In this document: positions 25,679 to 32,000 of the stretch, piece after piece
Layout: every line of letters begins with the position of its first letter
Numbering within the stretch: position 1 is the stretch's first letter
Source of the DNA: Pseudoalteromonas tetraodonis
GTDB taxonomy: Bacteria > Pseudomonadota > Gammaproteobacteria > Enterobacterales > Alteromonadaceae
Assembly (NCBI RefSeq): GCF_002310835.1
Contig: NZ_CP011041.1
Coordinates: forward strand, 450,001-482,000
Direction of reading: 5' to 3'
Length of the DNA stretch: 32,000 nucleotides
Position numbers and translations under genes: made by a program
The notes under the pieces: model-generated
What the model saw: only the letters and a program-made list of their open reading frames with translations
Database searches by the model: none
What the model was told of the DNA's origin: nothing

Positions 25679-25791
25679 CAAGGTAAAAACAAATTAGACC
25701 TAGTTGGTAAATGATAAGGAACCGAGGTTTAGGTCTTTAATCATTATAGGCAAGGTGTTCACTAGCATATTAGACTAATTGGAAGTTTTCA

Positions 25792-26727
25792 TTGTTTACT
25801 AAGAGTTTTAAGTCAAAAAAAGAGGCGTTAAAGCAAAATATAATTTATGTATTTTGCCCAGATGAATGTGCTTCTAATATAATAGAAATTATTAATGATC
25901 ACACATTTGAGCTCGTTATTAATGATTTTTCGATAACTGACTTTACAGAAAAAGTAATATGCCACTATAGAAGTGCGCATTTGACCAAAGAGCAACGTGC
26001 ATTTTTAGTTAGAGCAACTGAAAGTGGTGCCTGGGTTGAGCCGTTAGTAAGCTACTTAGACGATAGATTAAAGTATACTGAAGTGCGCTTATTACATAGT
26101 AGCTATTTTCTACACCAAAAAGCTTTTTCAATTTTATCTAACAAAAGAACTCAAATAACGAAAAGAGCTTTAGACGTAGTAAGTTCAGTTTTTTTACTTT
26201 TTGTAACTATGCCTCTTTCGTTAATAGCGGTTTTGCTTATAAAGTTAGAAAGCCCTGGGCCTGTTTTATATAAACAGAAAAGGACTGGCCAATATAATGA
26301 AGAGTTTAAAGTTTATAAGTTTAGGTCGATGCGAAATGATGCTGAAAAAAATGGCGCGCAATGGGCTAGCGAAAATGATGCCCGCATTACTAAAGTAGGT
26401 AAGTTTATTCGTAAAACACGTATTGATGAAATACCGCAGCTTATAAATGTTTTGCAAGGAACTATGTCAATAGTTGGTCCAAGGCCTGAAAGAGAAGTTT
26501 TTATTAAGGATCTTGAGCAAGAAATTCCATATTATCGTTTCCGCCATGCTGTTAAGCCGGGTGTTACAGGATTGGCCCAAGTCAGCTATCCTTATGGGGC
26601 CTCTGTTGAAGATGCTGTTTGGAAACACAAATATGATATTTATTACATTAAACATCATTCAAGTATGCTGGATCTGAAAATATTATTGCTGACGGTTAAA
26701 ACTGTAATCTTTGGTATGGGGCGATGA
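25792..26727 (+). CDS. Initiating sugar-phosphate transferase (bacterial sugar transferase family, WbaP/EpsL-like C-terminal domain)
   Basis: 311 aa, with a single TM segment followed by ESPGPVLYKQKRTGQYNEEFKVYKFRSM...IDEIPQLINVLQGTMSIVGPRPE...KPGVTGLAQV. The TTG start at 25792 is uncertain. Confidence 0.85.
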   Translation: MFTKSFKSKKEALKQNIIYVFCPDECASNIIEIINDHTFELVINDFSITDFTEKVICHYRSAHLTKEQRAFLVRATESGAWVEPLVSYLDDRLKYTEVRLLHSSYFLHQKAFSILSNKRTQITKRALDVVSSVFLLFVTMPLSLIAVLLIKLESPGPVLYKQKRTGQYNEEFKVYKFRSMRNDAEKNGAQWASENDARITKVGKFIRKTRIDEIPQLINVLQGTMSIVGPRPEREVFIKDLEQEIPYYRFRHAVKPGVTGLAQVSYPYGASVEDAVWKHKYDIYYIKHHSSMLDLKILLLTVKTVIFGMGR

Positions 26728-27476
26728 TAGAAAATAAACCTTTAGTTTCGATTATTATGCCTGCATATAACTCAGAGCTATATATAGGCGAAGCGATTAA
26801 ATCCGTACTTTCGCAAACTTATGATAATTGGCAGTTATTAATAACTGATGATTGCTCAACCGATAATACAAGAGATATTGTAAATGCATTTATTGCTACA
26901 GATAATAGAATAAAACTTTTTATAAGCAATGAAAATGGTGGAGCTGGAAAGGCACGGAATAATTCTATAGAGAAGGCAAAAGGGAGGTTTGTAGCTTTTT
27001 TAGATGCTGACGATCAATGGCTCCCTGAAAAGTTAACTACTCAAATTAGTTTTATGCTCCAACATAATTATGCTTTTACATTTACAGCATATCAAAAAGT
27101 TGAAGGTGGTGTTAGAAAACGAAAAGTGCTGCCTCCTAAATCTACTTGTTATAAAAGGTTGTTAAGTAGTAATGTTATAGGCTGCCTCACAGTAATATAT
27201 GACACTTACACTTTGGGAAAGAGATACATGCCTATAATACGGAAAAGGCAAGATATGGGGTTATGGTTAAATATATTAAAGGATGTACCCAATGCATATA
27301 GTATAAATAAAGTTCTAGCACTTTATCGCGTAGATTCAGGTATGACTCAAAATAAGTTTAAAATACTTAAATGGCAATGGTTATTTTATAGGGATGTAGT
27401 CAAATTAAGTCTCCCCCAAACGATTTATCATTTTTTCTTTTATTCACTCAAAGGCTTTTCAAAGTATTTTAGTTGA
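26724..27476 (+). CDS. Family 2 glycosyltransferase
   Basis: 250 aa, with VSIIMPAYNSELYIGEAIKSVLSQTY...LITDDCSTDNT...FLDADD motifs. Its start overlaps the upstream stop (ATGA), suggesting translational coupling. Confidence 0.9.
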   Translation: MIENKPLVSIIMPAYNSELYIGEAIKSVLSQTYDNWQLLITDDCSTDNTRDIVNAFIATDNRIKLFISNENGGAGKARNNSIEKAKGRFVAFLDADDQWLPEKLTTQISFMLQHNYAFTFTAYQKVEGGVRKRKVLPPKSTCYKRLLSSNVIGCLTVIYDTYTLGKRYMPIIRKRQDMGLWLNILKDVPNAYSINKVLALYRVDSGMTQNKFKILKWQWLFYRDVVKLSLPQTIYHFFFYSLKGFSKYFS

Positions 27477-27572
27477 GATTGATAGATTAAATAATAGAAC
27501 ATTAATCACAAGGTATTTAGTTACCAAAGTCACTACTTAACAATACTGCTTAAATTTTTAATGAGGAAAAAA

Positions 27573-28739
27573 ATGAGAATAACAGTTGTAGGAACAGGAT
27601 ATGTTGGCCTTTCTAATGCGATGCTATTAGCGAAGGAAAATGAGGTTATAGCGTTTGATATTGATGAAAAAAAAGTAGCACTTTTAAATAATAATAAATC
27701 TCCTATAGTTGATAAAAATATCAGTGAATACTTAACTCGAGCTAATTTAAATTTTGAAGCTACTTCAAATAAAGAGTTCGCGTATAAAAACGCTGATTTC
27801 GTAATTATTGCTACACCTACTGATTATGAGCCCACTACAAATCACTTTAATACCAGCACGGTTGAGTCTGTTATTGCTGATGTTTTAAAAATAACTCCAA
27901 AGGCTGTTATAGTCATAAAATCGACCGTACCGGTGGGTTACACGCAATCGGTTAAAGAGAAGTTTGCTAGTAATAATATAATATTTTCTCCTGAATTTCT
28001 TCGCGAAGGTAAAGCGCTACACGACAATTTATACCCATCTCGAATTGTAGTCGGTGAGCAAAGCGAACGCGCTATTGTATTTGCGGAGTTGCTTAAACAG
28101 GGCGCTATTAAGAAAAATGTTGAGGTTTTGTTCACAGATTCAACAGAAGCTGAGGCAATTAAATTATTCTCTAACACTTATCTTGCAATGCGTGTTGCCT
28201 ATTTTAATGAACTCGACAGCTACGCTGAGGCACATGGCTTAAATAGCAAGCAAATTATACAAGGTGTTAGCTTAGATCCACGTATAGGTGACCACTATAA
28301 TAATCCGTCGTTTGGTTACGGTGGTTATTGTTTACCTAAAGATACCAAACAGCTCCGCGCTAATTATGCCGATGTACCAAACAACATTATAGGCGCAATC
28401 GTTGATGCTAATACGACTCGTAAGGATTTTATTGCAGATTCAATTATTAAACGTAACCCAAAAGTGGTTGGTGTATACCGATTAGTAATGAAAACAGGGT
28501 CAGATAATTTTAGAGCTTCAGCCATACAAGGTATAATGAAGCGCATTAAGGCAAAGGGAATTGAGGTTATAGTATTCGAGCCTGAGCTTCGAGAAAACGA
28601 GTTTTTCCATTCGCGTGTAGTTAATGATTTAAATGAGTTTAAACAGCTTTCAGATGTTGTTTTATCAAACCGTATGGTTGATGAGTTAAATGATATTGTT
28701 GATAAAGTATATACACGAGACTTGTTTGGAACTGACTAA
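27573..28739 (+). CDS. ugd: UDP-glucose 6-dehydrogenase
   Basis: [16 protein letters not shown] is a Rossmann N-terminus. The catalytic [10 protein letters not shown]-type motif is present as [11 protein letters not shown]. The track start is 27561, but ATG 27573 sits behind the GAGGA RBS. Confidence 0.92.
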   Translation: MRITVVGTGYVGLSNAMLLAKENEVIAFDIDEKKVALLNNNKSPIVDKNISEYLTRANLNFEATSNKEFAYKNADFVIIATPTDYEPTTNHFNTSTVESVIADVLKITPKAVIVIKSTVPVGYTQSVKEKFASNNIIFSPEFLREGKALHDNLYPSRIVVGEQSERAIVFAELLKQGAIKKNVEVLFTDSTEAEAIKLFSNTYLAMRVAYFNELDSYAEAHGLNSKQIIQGVSLDPRIGDHYNNPSFGYGGYCLPKDTKQLRANYADVPNNIIGAIVDANTTRKDFIADSIIKRNPKVVGVYRLVMKTGSDNFRASAIQGIMKRIKAKGIEVIVFEPELRENEFFHSRVVNDLNEFKQLSDVVLSNRMVDELNDIVDKVYTRDLFGTD

Positions 28740-28834
28740 CTAAGTTTAGTTAAGTTCCTCCTTAGATGAATAACTTTGTGTGGTTTTAAGTAATAATGAT
28801 CACAAAATATCAACTATTTCTATTTGAATTAAAC

Positions 28835-29305
28835 ATGCTCTCACTTGATACGTTTAAAACAGTTATAAAGTCAACACCGTTAGTGTCGATAGATCTAATT
28901 ATAAAGAACAAAAAAAAGCAAATTCTATTGGGTAAGCGCACTAACCGCCCAGCTAAAAGCTTATGGTTTGTGCCAGGTGGAAGAGTATTGAAAGATGAAT
29001 CACTTGAAGCAGCTTTTAAGCGCTTAATTAAAGATGAATTAGACTTATTAAACGTCAATTCACATTTTAAAGGTGTATATCAGCATTTTTATAATGATAA
29101 CTTTACAGGTGATGACTTTACCACTCATTACGTGGTACTTGCTTATGAAATTAATTTTAATATTGAATTATCAACATTACCTAAAGAGCAGCACTCAGCT
29201 TATAAGTGGTTTACAGAAAGAGAGTTGTTATTAAATGAGGAAGTGCACGAACACACGAAATGGTACTTTGAAAGTGATAAACAAGCAGATAGTCTGTTTA
29301 AATAA
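28835..29305 (+). CDS. gmm: GDP-mannose mannosyl hydrolase (Nudix)
   Basis: MLSLDTFKTVIKSTPLVSIDLII... parallels the E. coli Gmm/WcaH N-terminus. A Nudix-like core is present (WFVPGGRVLKDESLEAAFKRLIKDELD). The track start at 28796 adds 13 non-conserved residues. Confidence 0.8.
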   Translation: MLSLDTFKTVIKSTPLVSIDLIIKNKKKQILLGKRTNRPAKSLWFVPGGRVLKDESLEAAFKRLIKDELDLLNVNSHFKGVYQHFYNDNFTGDDFTTHYVVLAYEINFNIELSTLPKEQHSAYKWFTERELLLNEEVHEHTKWYFESDKQADSLFK

Positions 29306-29349
29306 TTAATATTCAAGTTTCACTTAAATTATAAATTGGAAAATACTTT

Positions 29350-30768
29350 ATGATCACTCCTATTATTATGGCTGGCGGGACTGGCTCTCGATTATGGCCA
29401 CTTTCGCGTGAGTTATACCCAAAACAGTTTTTAAAAGTAATTGGGGAGCAATCGATGCTTCAACAAACAATAGCGCGTCTGTCAGGTTTAGAGCATAAAG
29501 CTCCTGTGTTAATCTGTAATGAAGAACACCGCTTTATTGCCGCTGAGCAAATGAGAATAGGTGGCTTTGAGCATAGCGGAATTATTTTGGAGCCCATAGG
29601 GCGAAATACAGCTCCTGCAATTGCATTAGCCGCTTTACAAGCTGTCAGTAATGCAGCAGAAGGGGAAGAGCCTATTCTATTAGTACTTGCAGCGGATCAT
29701 GTTATTGAAAATATAACTGCTTTTGAGAGCGCAGTACAAAGAGCGCTACCTTATGCGTTAGAGGATCAACTAGTCACTTTTGGAATAGTACCTACAGCTC
29801 CAGAAACAGGTTACGGCTATATAAAAGCGGGTAAGCAAAATGGTAATGCATTTACAGTTAGTGAATTTGTTGAAAAGCCTAACTTAGCAACCGCCCAAAA
29901 GTATATATCAAATGGTAGTTATTATTGGAATAGTGGAATGTTTTTATTTAAAGCTAGTCGCTACCTTAAAGAGTTGGAAGTATTTTCACCTGAAATATTA
30001 AGTATTTGTAAGCAAGCAATAGCAAACCCTAAGCAAGACTTAGACTTAGACTTTGTAAGGGTAGATAAAGATATATTTGAAACCTGTCCTGATGACTCTA
30101 TTGATTATGCGGTAATGGAAAAAAGTCAAAATGTAATGGTTGTTCCAATGGATGCAGGCTGGAGCGATGTCGGATCTTTTTCATCTTTATGGGAAGTATC
30201 AGCTAAAGATAATAATAAAAATGTTATAAAAGGCGATGTAATTTCTGTTGATTCGACTAATAACTATATTTACGCTGAAAATAAACTCGTTTCTACAGTT
30301 GGGGTTGATAACTTGGTCATTATTGAAACTAAAGATGCCATTTTAGTAGCAGATAAAGATCAAGTACAAAATGTTAAGACGATCGTAAAAAAATTAAAAG
30401 ATGCGGGTCGGACTGAGCATAAATTACACCGTGAGGTTTATCGACCTTGGGGTAAGTATGACTCAATTGATTTTGGTAAACGAGATCAGGTGAAGCGAAT
30501 TACGGTTAAGCCGGGTGAAAAGCTGTCTATTCAAAAACATCATCATCGTTCAGAACACTGGATTGTAGTATCAGGCACTGCAAGCGTATTAAATGGAGAT
30601 AAAACTATTTTAGTAACTGAAGATGAGTCTACTTATATCCCTTTAGGTACAATACATGCGTTAGAAAACCCAGGTAAAATTCCTCTTGAAATGATAGAAG
30701 TTCAAACGGGTAGCTACTTAGGTGAAGATGATATTGTACGTTTTGAAGACCGCTATGGTCGAGTATAA
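29350..30768 (+). CDS. manC: Bifunctional mannose-1-phosphate guanylyltransferase / mannose-6-phosphate isomerase
   Basis: 472 aa. The nucleotidyltransferase motif is present ([24 protein letters not shown]). The C-terminal type-II PMI cupin is present (RPWGKY...[28 protein letters not shown]). Confidence 0.93.
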   Translation: MITPIIMAGGTGSRLWPLSRELYPKQFLKVIGEQSMLQQTIARLSGLEHKAPVLICNEEHRFIAAEQMRIGGFEHSGIILEPIGRNTAPAIALAALQAVSNAAEGEEPILLVLAADHVIENITAFESAVQRALPYALEDQLVTFGIVPTAPETGYGYIKAGKQNGNAFTVSEFVEKPNLATAQKYISNGSYYWNSGMFLFKASRYLKELEVFSPEILSICKQAIANPKQDLDLDFVRVDKDIFETCPDDSIDYAVMEKSQNVMVVPMDAGWSDVGSFSSLWEVSAKDNNKNVIKGDVISVDSTNNYIYAENKLVSTVGVDNLVIIETKDAILVADKDQVQNVKTIVKKLKDAGRTEHKLHREVYRPWGKYDSIDFGKRDQVKRITVKPGEKLSIQKHHHRSEHWIVVSGTASVLNGDKTILVTEDESTYIPLGTIHALENPGKIPLEMIEVQTGSYLGEDDIVRFEDRYGRV

Positions 30769-30802
30769 TAGGTCGATTCAGTTTAAATAAGTATGGATGA
30801 TA

Positions 30803-32000
30803 ATGAATAAGATATTGGTAAGCACAGATGTTTTAGAACAAAGTGGTGTTACTTTTGGTACCAGCGGTGCAAGAGGATTGGTGACCCAGCTAACATCTAA
30901 TGTTTGTGCTGCATTCAGCGTTGCGTTTATTCAAAGTATGCAACAAAGCTTTAGCTTCAGTACAGTAGCACTTGCAATTGATAATAGGCCTAGTAGTTAT
31001 GCAATGGCGCAAGCATGTGCAACAGCGTTACAACAGCGTAACATTCATGTTGTATATTACGGAGTAATACCCACCCCAGCTCTAGCATACAAAGCAATGC
31101 AAGATAATATACCTGCAATAATGGTAACGGGAAGTCATATTCCGTTTGATCGCAACGGGCTTAAGTTTTATCGACCTGATGGCGAAATTAGCAAAGTAGA
31201 CGAACGAGCAATTATTACTGAACAAGTTGAGTTTTTTGAACTTACAGAGCTTGTTGAACTAACTGTAAGTAACCAAGCCACTGAAGAATATATTAATCGT
31301 TACACATCTTTATTTACTAAACAATGGCTTACTGGTAAGCAGATCGGTATATATGAACACTCTAGTGCTGGTCGTGACCTCTACTTTAGAATATTCGAAG
31401 CACTAGGCGCTGATGTTTTTCGTTTAGAGAGAAGTGATAAGTTTGTACCTATAGATACAGAGGCTGTTTCCGAGCAAGACACTATCAAAGCAATAAATTG
31501 GTCAAAAGAATATAATTTAGATATGGTGTTTTCAACAGACGGTGATGGTGATCGGCCCCTCGTATCCGATGAAAATGGAAACTGGTTACGTGGCGATATT
31601 TTAGGCTTATTATGTGCAGACATACTGGGTATTGAAGCCTTATCCGTACCTATTAGTTGTAACACTGCTATTGAAACTAGTCATAAATTTAAGCATGTTG
31701 AAAGAACGAAGATAGGATCGCCATACGTTATTGCTGAGTTTTCTAAGCTATCTAAAAGGTTTAACACTGTTGCGGGTTTTGAGGCTAATGGTGGTTTTTT
31801 ATTAGGTAGTGACGTTCTATTAAATAATAAGCAATTAAAAACACTACCGACTCGCGATGCTATGTTACCAGCTATTATGCTTCTGCTTGCAGCCGATGAT
31901 ACTAAAATTTCAGCCTTAGTAAATGCACTTCCAGAACGATTTACCTACAGTGAGCGAGTTCAAAACTTTGCTACCCAAAAAAGCCAAGAAATTATTTCCC
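30803..32000 (+). CDS. manB: Phosphomannomutase / phosphohexomutase, 5' part. The gene runs off the right edge of the window.
   Basis: Not in the ORF track because there is no stop in the window. My translation from ATG 30803 is open to 32000. It contains [14 protein letters not shown] (phosphoserine loop), [10 protein letters not shown] (metal loop) and GFEANGGF (sugar loop). Confidence 0.85.
   Translation, partial: MNKILVSTDVLEQSGVTFGTSGARGLVTQLTSNVCAAFSVAFIQSMQQSFSFSTVALAIDNRPSSYAMAQACATALQQRNIHVVYYGVIPTPALAYKAMQDNIPAIMVTGSHIPFDRNGLKFYRPDGEISKVDERAIITEQVEFFELTELVELTVSNQATEEYINRYTSLFTKQWLTGKQIGIYEHSSAGRDLYFRIFEALGADVFRLERSDKFVPIDTEAVSEQDTIKAINWSKEYNLDMVFSTDGDGDRPLVSDENGNWLRGDILGLLCADILGIEALSVPISCNTAIETSHKFKHVERTKIGSPYVIAEFSKLSKRFNTVAGFEANGGFLLGSDVLLNNKQLKTLPTRDAMLPAIMLLLAADDTKISALVNALPERFTYSERVQNFATQKSQEIIS

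Noticed and set aside
26266-28546. Short antisense or alternative-frame ORFs in the sugar transferase, ugd and gmm genes (26266-26457, 26467-26658, 26474-26677, 27938-28177, 28054-28242, 28364-28546, 28810-29058). The ORF at 31381-31665 in manB lies outside this range.
   Set aside because: In AT-rich DNA such ORFs arise by chance, and each is fully contained in a well-supported gene.

Overview
This is a chromosomal segment of a low-GC marine gammaproteobacterium. The gene order and repeat content look Alteromonadales or Pseudoalteromonas-like, but that is inference with no database search behind it.

Layout, left to right:
- 1-2873, minus strand: a partial luciferase-like oxidoreductase, an MFS transporter and a secreted cyclase-family protein.
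- 3303-4523: a decayed IS3-family (IS911-like) insertion sequence that cuts a small signal-peptide ORF.
- 4794-11081: the housekeeping block trmJ-iscR-iscS-iscU-iscA-hscB-hscA-fdx, with three IscR boxes upstream of iscR.
- 11508-12935: a gabD-like succinate-semialdehyde dehydrogenase.
- 13409-17507: a two-gene sensory operon, a PAS-type chemoreceptor followed by a GAF-PAS-PAS-degenerate GGDEF-EAL protein.
- 17797-17873, minus strand: tRNA-His.
- 19016-20723: an MscS channel and a DUF481 outer-membrane protein.
- 20846 to the right edge: a surface-polysaccharide locus. It holds a large Wza/OtnA-like exporter, a four-helix-bundle protein, Wzz, an initiating sugar transferase, a GT2, Ugd, Gmm, ManC and a partial ManB.

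The coding content is conventional. The unusual part is the intergenic DNA. Almost every large gap carries one family of composite repeats:
- REP-like hairpins of the form GTAGCAGCGGGTTTACCCCGCGTC.
- CTCTGTGG-box inverted repeats, including a 296-298 bp MITE-like unit in tandem.
- A conserved terminator-like hairpin.
- Tandem arrays with a strict 7-nt period, which stand out most. Their motifs differ between loci but are linked by single substitutions: CGAAGCC, CGAACCC, CGAACCT, AGAACCT.

One array is 85 units (595 bp) of AACCTAG and sits directly upstream of the wzz/glycan genes. I saw no defence, toxin-antitoxin, CRISPR or prophage system. The heptamer-array repeat family and its link to gene 5' regions is the best candidate for something undescribed.
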